A stretch of 64,000 nucleotides of DNA from a virus: the IMG/VR virus record IMGVR_UViG_3300042375_000763, positions 16,191-80,190 of that record; one strand, given 5' to 3'. Below are positions 9,389 through 19,571 of this stretch, one piece after another (position 1 is the stretch's first letter; every line of letters starts with the position of its first letter). The notes under the pieces are model-generated. The model made no database searches, had not been told where the DNA came from, and was given only the letters and a program-made list of their open reading frames with translations. The position numbers were made by a program, and so were the translations under genes.

Positions 9389-10190
9389 CTTTTGATACTG
9401 AAGCAGTTCGTTCTTGGTCAGTAAAAGCAGTTGCCACATAAAGAGCTGCCACGCCGTCGTGGCCACTATATTCACCAGTCGCATAAGCTGATTTCATACG
9501 AGACGTCATAGCAGATGCAGAACGCATTGTGTTACCCATTGAAGCGGTATCATATTGCATAGTATTATTGGAATTGAAACCAAGTGCAGAACCTGCAGCA
9601 AATGCATTGATATTTGCACCGAGGAACATAAAGCCCCAGTTTTTACCTTCTGCTTTTTCCACCATTTGTTTGACTGTAGTATTATTGAAAGTTCTGGAAG
9701 CATTTTCTGCACCATCAGTCAAGATAGTGATAATGATAGAGTCACGATCTGCTTTCTTGTTTGCAGAAAGTTGACTATTGATCTGCATCATGACACCACC
9801 AATGGCATCATAAAGGTTTGTGGTACCTTGTGGATCATATGTTTTTTCATTAAGATCTTGAACTTCATCTACAGTAACACGACTGAAAACACTGTTGACA
9901 GACGAACCGTCAAATTTATAAAGGGAAACAAAGGTTGGAATCCCCGTCTCCACTGCGTCTTTCTTTTGTGCTTGTAGGTACTCGTTATAGCCAGAGATCG
10001 TTGCAGCACGACAGGACTGCATTGAGCCAGAATCGTCTAGAACAAAGATAATATGAGAGGTTTTTGTACCCGCGCGTTTCGGCTTGAACGCATCAGCAAG
10101 TGATACAGTTGGTTTTGAAACAGTAAGTGTTGTATGCGGGAGAATATTTACTTGTTGGTTTGGGAGTTTTGGAAAATTTACATATGTCAT
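9381..10190 (-). CDS. von Willebrand factor A domain protein
   Basis: MIDAS DDSGSM, TNLYDAIG, ILTDGAEN; start moved to 10190 because the upstream part is tmRNA. Confidence 0.85.
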   Translation of the reverse strand: MTYVNFPKLPNQQVNILPHTTLTVSKPTVSLADAFKPKRAGTKTSHIIFVLDDSGSMQSCRAATISGYNEYLQAQKKDAVETGIPTFVSLYKFDGSSVNSVFSRVTVDEVQDLNEKTYDPQGTTNLYDAIGGVMMQINSQLSANKKADRDSIIITILTDGAENASRTFNNTTVKQMVEKAEGKNWGFMFLGANINAFAAGSALGFNSNNTMQYDTASMGNTMRSASAMTSRMKSAYATGEYSGHDGVAALYVATAFTDQERTASVSKDE

Positions 10191-10219
10191 AATAGACCTT
10201 TCTATGTTGTGTGATGTGT

Positions 10220-10540
10220 GATGCAACTTTTCTGTTTCTAGGTAAGTTGCCAACCCACAGTACTTATGCTGCTAGAGCAAAAGCCTTAGGTGCGAAATTT
10301 TCATTTGCATTTCTTATTTTATTGCGTTAACCGAGCTTTCGCCGGGTAGCTCCATCCTGCCTAGTGCGCCTGTCGATCCTATTTATCGCCCAGCAAAGAT
10401 ACCGATCGTCTTGTTTACATAAACTTATCTCGCCATATGATAGCAATGCTTCATACATCCAAGGGTTCCATAAACTGACCGGTATCTGTGGTGGACGATT
10501 CGGGTACCGCCCCCGAGTCCAGAACGTGTTCAGTGAATAT
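10220..10540 (-). ncRNA. ssrA: Two-piece (circularly permuted) tmRNA
   Basis: Acceptor piece ends ATCGTCC-A-CCA at 10489; coding piece starts GGGCGAT at 10391 (G3-U70); tag ANENFAPKAFALAA* at 10264-10308; outer ends approximate. Confidence 0.92.
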
Positions 10541-10553
10541 CATCACTACATAG

Positions 10554-10778
10554 TTATTTATTACATCTTTTTAAATATGCTTCTTCAAAATCATATTCAT
10601 GTACACAATTTTCGTGATTACCCCAGATACGATCAAAGTAACCATTATATACACTCATGATTTCTTTTTCGCGCCAAGAGTCCGGGATAAGATGACCTTT
10701 CACAATCCAGAAGTATCTATTGGCTTCTTTTAATTCAACCTCTGTCATATCTTCTTTGTTTTTCTTCTTCTGAATCAT
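10554..10778 (-). CDS. Hypothetical protein
   Basis: ORF track; FWIVKGHLIP motif. Confidence 0.55.
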   Translation of the reverse strand: MIQKKKNKEDMTEVELKEANRYFWIVKGHLIPDSWREKEIMSVYNGYFDRIWGNHENCVHEYDFEEAYLKRCNK

Positions 10779-10840
10779 GTCTAGGTTTATCAGCCATTTA
10801 ATCCTCCAACAATTTTGGAGTATTTATCTATCCAAGAAGT

Positions 10841-11608
10841 TTATAATTTCTCGTAGTGAAATTGTAAAATTTGTTGAACTATACTTTCAAAGTTATCTAG
10901 ATGTAACATATTAGGACCATCAGAAGGTGCATTATCAGGGTCGGGGTGTACTTCTAAAAAGAAATTAGAAACACCTATAGCGCTAGCAGCTCTACATAGA
11001 CCTGGTACATAATTACGATTACCAGAACTTGAATCTCCAGCGCCACCAGGTCTTTGAACAGAATGTGTAGCATCAAATACGAGTTTAGTATTAAAATTAT
11101 CTAATATGTATTGCATACCAGTAAAGTCAACTACTAGATTATTATAACCAAAACTAGTACCTCTTTCAGTTATCCAGACTTCTTTTGCAGATGCTGTTTT
11201 TGAAAGTATTCCTGAGATATCCCAAGGTGCCAGAAATTGACCTTTCTTGATATTTACTATTTTACCTGTTTCACAAGCAGCAAGTATTAAATCCGTTTGT
11301 CGACATAAAAATGCAGGTATTTGTATTACATCAACAACATCTTTAATATAAGAAATATGATCTTGTTCATGAATATCTGTAACTATTTTAATATCTTGTA
11401 AATCTTGCTTTATTTTCTTAAAATCATCAATAGTCCTAGAAATACCTAGTCCTCTTTTACCATTTATACTTGTTCTATTTGCTTTATCAAAACTTGCTTT
11501 GAAATAATAATCTATATTGTACTTACGGCATATATCAGAACAATGTTTTGCTATTTCTAATGATTGTTTTAAACTTTCGTGTTGACAAGGTCCTGCTATA
11601 ATAATCAT
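10841..11608 (-). CDS. kdsA: KDO-8-phosphate synthase
   Basis: IAGPC, KASFDKANRTS, QIPAFLCRQTDL, NIKKGQFLAP, FDATHSVQ. Confidence 0.95.
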   Translation of the reverse strand: MIIIAGPCQHESLKQSLEIAKHCSDICRKYNIDYYFKASFDKANRTSINGKRGLGISRTIDDFKKIKQDLQDIKIVTDIHEQDHISYIKDVVDVIQIPAFLCRQTDLILAACETGKIVNIKKGQFLAPWDISGILSKTASAKEVWITERGTSFGYNNLVVDFTGMQYILDNFNTKLVFDATHSVQRPGGAGDSSSGNRNYVPGLCRAASAIGVSNFFLEVHPDPDNAPSDGPNMLHLDNFESIVQQILQFHYEKL

Positions 11609-11612
11609 TAAT

Positions 11613-11969
11613 TTAAATTTCACTTCCTATACTTCGGCGGACAATATCATCATGATTAAATTCAGCCCAATATAATTCAAATGCAACACCATCTTCAAGT
11701 CCTTCAAATTGATGAATCTTGCCGGGTTTGACTTGTGTAAAATCACCTGGACCAAGAATAGTTTCATCAACCAAGCCTTTTTGATCAGCATCTTGCCATA
11801 CACGAACTAGCATTTTACCAGATTCAACAAAGAATCCATTCCATTTAAATCTGTGTTCGTGTTCACTGCATTTAAATCCTGATTTAAATTCAATTCTATG
11901 AAACTCAAGAACACCGTTTGCGTGTATTAATTCGGTATTTCCCCAAATTTTTCCAGCTTTTATACCCAT
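11613..11969 (-). CDS. Cupin-domain protein
   Basis: GKIWG, CSEHEH, VKPGKIHQF. Confidence 0.75.
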   Translation of the reverse strand: MGIKAGKIWGNTELIHANGVLEFHRIEFKSGFKCSEHEHRFKWNGFFVESGKMLVRVWQDADQKGLVDETILGPGDFTQVKPGKIHQFEGLEDGVAFELYWAEFNHDDIVRRSIGSEI

Positions 11970-12049
11970 AAGAACCTCCATATAAAAATGAGAGGCTAAC
12001 CATAGGCCTCTCACGGGTTTATTTATGGGAACCAAACCTTGTTATAGAA

Positions 12050-12637
12050 TCAGAATTGAAGGGCAAGCTTAAGATTTAGATTGGTTTCATCTGCACCAGT
12101 ATCAAAGCTATGTGCTACACTTGGTGTAAGTGCAATATTGTCACTAAGTGCGTAACGTGCGCCAGCTTCTACAGAACCACCTTCTTGTGTCCAATCGGTA
12201 CTCGCATTCCAAGTATATGACACTTGACTGTAAGCAGAAAGTTTATCATTTACACGATAACCGACACCAACGGTAGGAGTGGCATCCCATGCACCTTCAT
12301 TAGCGCCAGATGCAATGGTATATTCAGCTTCAGCGGTACCGTATACATTCAATTGGCCGAAATTTTTGGAAAGGCCATATGCTGCGGTGAGTGTAATATC
12401 TTCTGATTGGATACCATACTTTGCACCAAAAGTTAGATCAGCATCTGCACCCATTACGGAATATGGAAGTACGGTTACAGTAACTGAAAGATCATTAGCT
12501 TGACCAGCAGTCGAAGAAATTCCAAAAGTCATATTGTCGCGCTCAAGTACAAGATCGACGCTGTTATTTTCAAAATCGGCAGCAAATACAGCGGTAGAAG
12601 CTAGAACTAGCGCGGCGGTAAGGATAATAGTTTTCAT
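12050..12637 (-). CDS. Outer-membrane beta-barrel (porin-like) protein
   Basis: Signal peptide, alternating beta strands, C-terminal LNLKLALQF. Confidence 0.75.
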   Translation of the reverse strand: MKTIILTAALVLASTAVFAADFENNSVDLVLERDNMTFGISSTAGQANDLSVTVTVLPYSVMGADADLTFGAKYGIQSEDITLTAAYGLSKNFGQLNVYGTAEAEYTIASGANEGAWDATPTVGVGYRVNDKLSAYSQVSYTWNASTDWTQEGGSVEAGARYALSDNIALTPSVAHSFDTGADETNLNLKLALQF

Positions 12638-13101
12638 TTTATTTCTCTCCATTGTTTATTTTCTTCACGTGTAATACCAAAGACATATTGATCTTTGAGA
12701 TCACCTTCTTTTGTCATAAAGGATTTCGTGATAGTACCTTCATGTTTCCATCCGATTCTCTCGGAAACTTTTACCATAGATTTTAGTGGTGTGATACCAT
12801 ATAATTTCATTACCTTAGAATTATTAAAGATTAAATCAGTCAAGAATATACCTGCCTTTAGTGATTTTATAGGGCTATTGTTTTTTGCAAACATGTGTAC
12901 TCTTGCAAGCCATTTTGTTTCCGGAACAATGTATAAGATAAAACCATCTTTTTCTAGAGGTAGTGATTTTCCACTCTTAATATCTTGTTCAATATCAACA
13001 AAAATATCATCTTTTGTTTTTTCGGGTGCTTGAAATATCCATGGGTCAATTTGCTCGTAAATAATTTGAGCAACTTCTTTATTCAAAATTGTATTATTCA
13101 T
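12634..13101 (-). CDS. GNAT-like protein
   Basis: ERIGWKHEGT..D.YVFGI RimJ/RimL-like C-terminus. Confidence 0.55.
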   Translation of the reverse strand: MNNTILNKEVAQIIYEQIDPWIFQAPEKTKDDIFVDIEQDIKSGKSLPLEKDGFILYIVPETKWLARVHMFAKNNSPIKSLKAGIFLTDLIFNNSKVMKLYGITPLKSMVKVSERIGWKHEGTITKSFMTKEGDLKDQYVFGITREENKQWREIK

Positions 13102-13583
13102 TCTACTGTAATTCGTTGACCAATTTCAAAGATTCTATCGGTATTTACTCGATAATAGTTACCATCAACTTCATATGTTATTTGATAGTGGTGAAACATT
13201 CGAGTTTCTTGGGGAATTTCCACAAGTTCACACCGCCATTCATAGACATAATCTACAACAGCCCGGCGATTACGACCGGCAGTATCAGCACCAACAATTG
13301 CACCAAGAACAGTCATGGCATCTTTACCGTCACCTGATCCAAATTGATTTCCGATAGCACCACCAATAAGTGCACCCGCAAGAACATCTCCAGTCGAACC
13401 TTGTGTGTTTCCATAAATTGGAATTCGTTGTTCAAAACATTGTTCTTGAGTTTTATATGTATAGTCTGTGCTATATACGGCTTCTACATCAACTACAATA
13501 CCTTGACGAGAATTATAACCATCTGCACAGGCGGTGGAAGCACCACACAAAATAGCTGTGGTAGCAAGAATGGTTTTGATCAT
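13098..13583 (-). CDS. Glycine-zipper 2TM secreted protein
   Basis: GALIGGAIGNQFGSGDGKDAMTVLGAIVG. Confidence 0.8.
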   Translation of the reverse strand: MIKTILATTAILCGASTACADGYNSRQGIVVDVEAVYSTDYTYKTQEQCFEQRIPIYGNTQGSTGDVLAGALIGGAIGNQFGSGDGKDAMTVLGAIVGADTAGRNRRAVVDYVYEWRCELVEIPQETRMFHHYQITYEVDGNYYRVNTDRIFEIGQRITVE

Positions 13584-13685
13584 TGTATAGCCTTTATTTC
13601 ACCTATATGTACTATATATTACATTTTTAGAAAAAGTAAATAGTACATTTTAAATATAGAAGTAAGTGTTACAATAAAGCAACAC

Positions 13686-13877
13686 TTACTTGTGTTGAAG
13701 ATAGAACTGAACCACCTTCATGTCGATTTCATCAAGTTCAGGTGCGAACTTTGTGGTTCCGATAGACTCAATTTTACGAGATACCCGAGCAAGGGCATTC
13801 GAGATCTTGTCATTCGAGTGGGTGGCAGCCATATTGGACATGCCGTCGCAGAGAGACAGGAGCTTCATAGTTGTCAT
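13686..13877 (-). CDS. Small early hypothetical protein
   Basis: Directly after an early promoter and AAGGA SD. Confidence 0.6.
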   Translation of the reverse strand: MTTMKLLSLCDGMSNMAATHSNDKISNALARVSRKIESIGTTKFAPELDEIDMKVVQFYLQHK

Positions 13878-13896
13878 TTTCGGTTCCTTTATTCAC

Positions 13897-13937
13897 CTTA
13901 TAGAATCAGTATATACTATCCATCCGAATATGTCAAC
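13897..13937 (-). promoter_or_regulatory. Early sigma70-type promoter with GANTC (representative of about 25 copies)
   Basis: GTTGACA-17-TATACT-GATTCTATAAGG. Confidence 0.8.
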
Positions 13938-13939
13938 CA

Positions 13940-14416
13940 TTAATTTACATTAAAATTGTTAACATAGTGATCTGCACCAAAACTTGCGCACCAAGCGTCA
14001 GGTTTCATCTTTGCTTCCACACCAGTCACTCCAAGAACATATCCTGCTGCCTGTGTAGCAACACAATTTGAACCATGCTTGGGATCAGTATTTACGTCGA
14101 CGTGAATTTCGACATCAAATTCATCAATAAAAGGTGCGAGTTGATTGTAAAGTTCACAAGATTTGTAGACTTCATTCATCAGTCGTAATGAAGGACGATT
14201 CTTCTTTAAGTCATAGTCTGGTTCAATCGAACGGTATGTAAAGACTCTACAGCCCTTATTACCGTTCTTGTGGACGACACAAACACTTGCAAACTTTGCA
14301 TACCAACGACCTTCTTTTCTAAAACGAACAGAGTCAGTACCAATGTAAATTTTTGTATCGGCAGTAAGACCATATAAAAGATTAACTAATTCTTCGATTT
14401 GTTTTTGTTTAAACAT
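13940..14416 (-). CDS. RNase H-like YkuK family protein
   Basis: IYIGTDS, RLMNEV..S, EIHVDVN, ASFGADH. Confidence 0.75.
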   Translation of the reverse strand: MFKQKQIEELVNLLYGLTADTKIYIGTDSVRFRKEGRWYAKFASVCVVHKNGNKGCRVFTYRSIEPDYDLKKNRPSLRLMNEVYKSCELYNQLAPFIDEFDVEIHVDVNTDPKHGSNCVATQAAGYVLGVTGVEAKMKPDAWCASFGADHYVNNFNVN

Positions 14417-14531
14417 TGCGTCACCTCATTATCTCCCTTCAGTTATAATAGTGATTGATTTGCTACGCTGGCTCAATCACCAAAACCTCGATTGAGTCTC
14501 TACCGATAGGTGGAAACTTCGAATTTATTTA

Positions 14532-14828
14532 TTACATAAAGCCGAATAGATCACTTTGATTTGCTACTTCCAAAATTATATCACAGTGACATGACTTTGG
14601 CGCACACCAGCAGATTAAATTTGTTCCTCGCAATTCATTCTTTGCTTGGTCTATTAACGGTTGGTTTGATAAAAACCATATTCGGTGCTTTTCTATAACT
14701 TCAGTTCTATTACCGTCTATTCCTGTCTTAAATGGATTTCCATACTTAGATGGTCTTCCACAATATACAGAACCTTCTAGTTTTGTACCAACTTCTCTTG
14801 CATTCAAAATTTTAGGTTGTAAATTCAT
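14532..14828 (-). CDS. DUF4326 family protein
   Basis: VYCGRPSKYGNPF, LICWCAPKSCHCDI. Confidence 0.85.
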   Translation of the reverse strand: MNLQPKILNAREVGTKLEGSVYCGRPSKYGNPFKTGIDGNRTEVIEKHRIWFLSNQPLIDQAKNELRGTNLICWCAPKSCHCDIILEVANQSDLFGFM

Positions 14829-15486
14829 GGAATGCTACAGGTCCTTGAACATCTTTGTAATATTCAGCTATCACCAACCGTCCATAGAAAACAACACCAC
14901 AGTCAAGGTTGGTTCTATTTGGAGACTTCACAGGACCATGCTTACGTGGAGTGTGCCCGTGAGTCAAATAGAGTCCTTGTTTATTGTTAGGGAACTTCAT
15001 CCAATCATCCATACGGGTCCAAACACATTTGCTAGAGACTTGATCTTCTGGGCTAATAGTATCATCATAGAATGCATGTGCAAAGACATTTTTATCTTCG
15101 ATGTGACATATCTTTAAATTATACATCCACTCCATAATAGCCCGATCAATACCTTGACGGACGTGTTCATAAATCACAAATTCATCTTGTTTAAAGCCTG
15201 CAATATCTTTAGCAGCTCTAGGATCATAGAATGGTGTGCCATGAAAATAAGAATCAATGAACATTTCCTCGTGGTTTCCGAGTAATGTTACAAATTCCCA
15301 GCCTTCTGGTGGATTCATAATAGTTGTAATAACACCAAGATTATCTGGTCCACGGTCAATATAGTCACCGAGAAAGATAATCTTACCACCATTTGGATTT
15401 TGCTTGTAAACAAATGAAAGCGCATCTCTCAGAAGATCACTACAACCGTGAATATCTGGAAAGCAATAATAGCGCTGTTCATTCAT
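14812..15486 (-). CDS. Ser/Thr protein phosphatase-like metallophosphoesterase
   Basis: DIHG, GDYIDRG, GNHE, HGHTP. Confidence 0.9.
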   Translation of the reverse strand: MNEQRYYCFPDIHGCSDLLRDALSFVYKQNPNGGKIIFLGDYIDRGPDNLGVITTIMNPPEGWEFVTLLGNHEEMFIDSYFHGTPFYDPRAAKDIAGFKQDEFVIYEHVRQGIDRAIMEWMYNLKICHIEDKNVFAHAFYDDTISPEDQVSSKCVWTRMDDWMKFPNNKQGLYLTHGHTPRKHGPVKSPNRTNLDCGVVFYGRLVIAEYYKDVQGPVAFHEFTT

Positions 15487-15548
15487 AATTTACTCCTTGT
15501 TTGTTAGAATCAGTATATATTAACTATACTGAATTGTCAACTAGAAAA

Positions 15549-15625
15549 TGGTGCCCCTGGCAGGATTCGAACCCACAACCTGCCGCTTCGAAGGCGGAAG
15601 CTCTATCCAGTTGAGCTACAGAGGC
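15549..15625 (-). tRNA. tRNA-Arg(TCG)
   Basis: Cloverleaf, loop CTTCGAA, encoded CCA. Confidence 0.9.
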
Positions 15626-15632
15626 ACTATTC

Positions 15633-16763
15633 TTAAATTACAATTACTTCAAGCGGTGGAAACCCATTAAATGCTACAGTGCTGTATGTAGTAGTATAAG
15701 CACCTGTATTATCAATGATGATTTTATCACCACATTTTAAGTTTTCTGATAATAGAACTTTATGTTCTTCATAAAGCACATCAGCACTATCACAGGTAGG
15801 TCCTGCAATAATGTATTCAATTTTCTCATCCGCATCTTTACCAGGAATAAAGAACCTATACTTGATAGCTTCCTTTTCTGTTTCTGCAAGACCAGAAAAT
15901 CTTCCGATATTTAGATACAACCATCTTACTGGATCACCAGGTGTCTTTGTAGAGACTAGAAGTACTTCAGATGCAATAGATCCTAGATTTGCAACCATTC
16001 CACGACCTGGTTCGATCATCAGATATTTCAGTCCAGCAAACCGATCATAGATTTCTTTGTTTAGTGTTTCACAATATTCTACCGAATCTGTTATGTCAAC
16101 CCCATAATAACTAGGGAAACCACCACCTGCATTTAATAGCCAAAGATCAAAGCCTTGTTCCTTGCTGTAATTCCAGATACTTTCAACAAAATCCAAAGTA
16201 TCAAGCCACATATGAGGATGTCTAGTTTGACTTCCAACATGAAAACTTAAACCAGCAACTTCTAGACCAGCATCTCTTGCAGCTTCCATAACTTGAGGAA
16301 CCATACTTGAACTGCAACCAAACTTGCGACTTAGAGGCCATTCTGCTTCAGTACTTCTGACAAGAACTCTGACAAAGACTTGAGAACCAGGTGCGTGTTC
16401 AGCAACCTTTTCTACTTCTTCTATAGAATCAACTGCGAATAGTTTGATACCTTTTGAATATGCATATTTAATGTCTTGAGGTCTTTTAACTGTATTACCG
16501 AAACTGATATTGGATGGAGATGCACCTGCTGTTAGGCACATGTCTATTTCACCTGCAGATGCTGCATCAAATTTTGAACCAAGACTATGCAATTTAGAAA
16601 GGATTTCTGGATGAGGATTTGCTTTCACTGCATAATGTACATGACACGAAGGCATTCCAGCTTTAAAACCGTTGTAATTAGTTTCTAAATTTTCAAGTGA
16701 CATAATTAAAGTAGGACGATCAAAGTTATTATTTTTTATATAATCGTGTACTAAATTTTCCAT
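15633..16763 (-). CDS. Ornithine/lysine decarboxylase (type III PLP)
   Basis: YAVKANP, FDAAS, SFHVGSQ, GGGFP, EPGR, GPTCDS. Confidence 0.93.
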   Translation of the reverse strand: MENLVHDYIKNNNFDRPTLIMSLENLETNYNGFKAGMPSCHVHYAVKANPHPEILSKLHSLGSKFDAASAGEIDMCLTAGASPSNISFGNTVKRPQDIKYAYSKGIKLFAVDSIEEVEKVAEHAPGSQVFVRVLVRSTEAEWPLSRKFGCSSSMVPQVMEAARDAGLEVAGLSFHVGSQTRHPHMWLDTLDFVESIWNYSKEQGFDLWLLNAGGGFPSYYGVDITDSVEYCETLNKEIYDRFAGLKYLMIEPGRGMVANLGSIASEVLLVSTKTPGDPVRWLYLNIGRFSGLAETEKEAIKYRFFIPGKDADEKIEYIIAGPTCDSADVLYEEHKVLLSENLKCGDKIIIDNTGAYTTTYSTVAFNGFPPLEVIVI

Positions 16764-16808
16764 CCAGTATTGGATTCCTTTCTTGATTAAATTAATGTGA
16801 TAAATTTT

Positions 16809-17162
16809 TTAGCAGAGAGTTGACACATTGAAAAGACCTTTGATGAACTTACCAGTAGCTTTGGCCTCTTTGTAGAGAGCAGCTTTGGCGCCGCCTTTGC
16901 CATATTTTGGAAGTTGCGAGAATGGAAGTTGAACATCGACATGTCGCCCATTCAGGAGACCATGACAATAGGAAACATCCCATGCAGGAAACCCAGGATC
17001 TGAAAGAAGGCGGAGACGAGTGATTTCAAGACCAGGTTCGGTCCAATCAACTGTATCAACTCCGCCTTTTTGTTCATGTCGAGTATTATGATATGCAATA
17101 CCGTTTACAAGTCCATTGACTTCGCCGACGGCAGGGCGTTCAGTAGTAGCAAAAGCAGTCAT
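16809..17162 (-). CDS. Early hypothetical protein
   Basis: After an early promoter; RLRLLSDPGFPAWDVSYC. Confidence 0.6.
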   Translation of the reverse strand: MTAFATTERPAVGEVNGLVNGIAYHNTRHEQKGGVDTVDWTEPGLEITRLRLLSDPGFPAWDVSYCHGLLNGRHVDVQLPFSQLPKYGKGGAKAALYKEAKATGKFIKGLFNVSTLC

Positions 17163-17254
17163 TTCAGTTCCTCATTCGGTTATAGTATTAATATAAACTG
17201 ATTCGGGGTATTTGTCAACTGAAAGTTTAACGGGCGCTCTTGGCGCCCGTGTTA

Positions 17255-17707
17255 TTATTCTGCAAATGCGGTTAGTTGCCACTGCATTTTTTCATGGAAT
17301 TGGATTTGTGTCTCTAGTGTAGCAGAGATACCAATTTCATTCATAGAATCTGCCATGGCATGTGCTGATCTTAATTCATCCAATACAAGGCCATTATCAG
17401 ATGCAAGTCTTACAAACATAAATCTTGGACTTGGGATTGCAATTTCATCTGAAATTATTGTAAGTTCAGAAAATCTTTTCAAAGAACCTGGTGCAAATGA
17501 ACTCATTGTACGGATCAATTCTGCATAAACATCAACTGAATCGTGAACTGATTCATAATAACCAGCAAAGAAAGCATGATATTCACTAAAATTTGGTCCA
17601 GTGACATTCCAGTGATAATTATGTGCTTTAAGATAGAGTGAAAATGATGATGCAAGTATCATTTTTAGCTTTTCAACTAATTCAGTTTTATCCATTGTAG
17701 TCTCCAT
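17255..17707 (-). CDS. dps: Dps/ferritin-like protein
   Basis: KAHNYHWNVTGPNF..H, D..AE, HEK..W. Confidence 0.9.
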   Translation of the reverse strand: METTMDKTELVEKLKMILASSFSLYLKAHNYHWNVTGPNFSEYHAFFAGYYESVHDSVDVYAELIRTMSSFAPGSLKRFSELTIISDEIAIPSPRFMFVRLASDNGLVLDELRSAHAMADSMNEIGISATLETQIQFHEKMQWQLTAFAE

Positions 17708-17743
17708 TATGAGGGTGATTGTTATGGGCTATTTATAATTAGA

Positions 17744-17817
17744 TGGTTTCCCTGGAAGGAATCGAGCCTTCTCCTCCGTCGAGTCAGGACGGTGCACTGC
17801 CATTATACTACAGGGAA
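17744..17817 (-). tRNA. tRNA-Val(GAC), atypical (U37)
   Basis: TTCCCTG/CAGGGAA-A-CCA; CCGTC-CTGACTC-GACGG. Confidence 0.7.
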
Positions 17818-18005
17818 AAATAGACTAGTTTTGTTGTGTGTCTTGACGGGCCGCTTACTGGCGATCCACAATGAATGTGTTTTGGGTATTCCAGGGTTTC
17901 AGAATTTCGGCCTATAGTACAAACCCTTTTTATATAAATATAATTGTAGCTCGCGGATTTCTTGGCGGTCATCCCAACTACACTAGAAACATAAGGAGTT
18001 CCAGC

Positions 18006-18641
18006 ATGATATATTTATACGTCAAAACACACAACAAAACTGGTCTAAAATATTTAGGCAAAACAATCAATGAAGATCCATACAAATATACGGGATCAGG
18101 TAAATATTGGTTGAGACATCTTAAAAAGTATGGTACTGATTACACTACGCAAATACTTCTAGTAACTGAAGATAAAGATGAGCTAAAACAAACTGGATTA
18201 TTTTTTAGTAAAATTTGGAATATTGTTAAATCTAAAGAGTGGGCAAATTTAATGCCAGAATCTGGCAATGGCGGAAAACAAGAAAAACTTTTAAACGAAG
18301 GTAAACATAATTTTCAAAATTCTGAAGTTCAAAGAAAAATTCAATTAAATAGAGTTAAAAAAGGAACTCATAATTTACAATCTAAAAATAGAAATTCTAC
18401 TAGAATAAGTAGAAAGGGTATTCCCCATCCTGTTACACTTCAGAGAAACCTTACCGATGATAATCCGTTTCGAGGTAACATTCCATGTATTGATAAAAAT
18501 GGTAATTCAATAATGATTGAAAAAAGCTTTTATTATGCACAAAATGGAAATAAAGAAGATTGGAATTATGTTCATACAAAATCTAAAGAAGCAAAGAAAA
18601 GAAAATTATTAACTGCTACTACAAACCTTTTTTCGCTTTAA
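18006..18641 (+). CDS. Seg-like GIY-YIG homing endonuclease
   Basis: MIYLYVKTHNKTGLKYLGKT..Y.GSG..W, WANL..E.G.GG; late promoter 17933-17940; opposite strand to neighbours. Confidence 0.8.
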   Translation: MIYLYVKTHNKTGLKYLGKTINEDPYKYTGSGKYWLRHLKKYGTDYTTQILLVTEDKDELKQTGLFFSKIWNIVKSKEWANLMPESGNGGKQEKLLNEGKHNFQNSEVQRKIQLNRVKKGTHNLQSKNRNSTRISRKGIPHPVTLQRNLTDDNPFRGNIPCIDKNGNSIMIEKSFYYAQNGNKEDWNYVHTKSKEAKKRKLLTATTNLFSL

Positions 18642-18873
18642 TCTTTTGTGATAGTTCAACAATAAATAAACCCACGGGGTGCTTCATTGCTTCCTGCAGT
18701 TCAAAATACATCTTTGGACTCATACAGATAATTTCATATTTTTCTCTATCATCATCCCATTGTCTAATAAAAACTTGGTCGTCTGTTATCATAACCTGGA
18801 CATCTTCATAATCGGCACCTTCGTCCATTATGGTTGTCACAGTTTCATCAAAGTCAAATTCGTTTGTAAACAT
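18619..18873 (-). CDS. Hypothetical protein
   Basis: Likely start MFTNEFDFDE; longer ORF call runs into tRNA-Ser. Confidence 0.55.
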   Translation of the reverse strand: MFTNEFDFDETVTTIMDEGADYEDVQVMITDDQVFIRQWDDDREKYEIICMSPKMYFELQEAMKHPVGLFIVELSQKIKAKKGL

Positions 18874-18890
18874 CGAATATCTCCAAAGTT

Positions 18891-18982
18891 TGGCGGGGGC
18901 GGGGGAGTACGATTCCCATACCAGTATTAGTGGCACGATCCGCTTAGCAGGCGGTCCTAGAGCCCCTCTAGTTCTCACCCCC
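18891..18982 (-). tRNA. tRNA-Ser(GCT)
   Basis: Loop CTGCTAA, long variable arm, G73. Confidence 0.8.
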
Positions 18983-19415
18983 CAAATTAACCTTCAGATA
19001 TATTTATCCTTTTACCAGGCAGCTCGATCTTTTCTTGTATATCCGCGGTCAAAAAACCACGCATCTTTTACTAAACTTTTAACCGCTGAAGCTGCTTCAT
19101 CATATGTCTTATATGTGCCATATGGTTTACCAGCATAGATAATTTGAAACTTTTCAACAGTTGGTGCAAGAGTGCTGTAATACGACGTAATTTTGTAGTC
19201 GGATGCTTTACCCAATGTATTTCCTTTAGGTTATATTGTTTATCACTTATTTAGTATATACTACCACGTGGATATGTCAACATAAAAGTTTGAGGCAGGT
19301 GCGGTATCTCCACAAAGTGTGGTGCCCATGCTCCTTTTGCAGATTGGCCGATCTGCTCTGAACCTATGCCTACGGGTACCAATCCGGCGTATTCAGACTT
19401 TACTTACCTCAAATT

Positions 19416-19490
19416 TGGTGCTAGTGGTGAGAATTGAACTCACGACCTACTGTTTACGAGACAGTTGCACTACCTCTATGCTACACTAGC
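19416..19490 (-). tRNA. tRNA-Thr(CGT)
   Basis: Loop CTCGTAA. Confidence 0.92.
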
Positions 19491-19571
19491 AAAAACTATA
19501 AATGGGCAGTTTTACTTCATGCCCAGGAATCTCGCTCCGACCACTTACTGATTTAAGAGCAGTAAGACTCT

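Noticed and set aside
10191-10253. N-terminal extension of the vWA ORF
   Set aside because: Overlaps the 3' end of the tmRNA coding piece; ATG at 10190 has its own SD.
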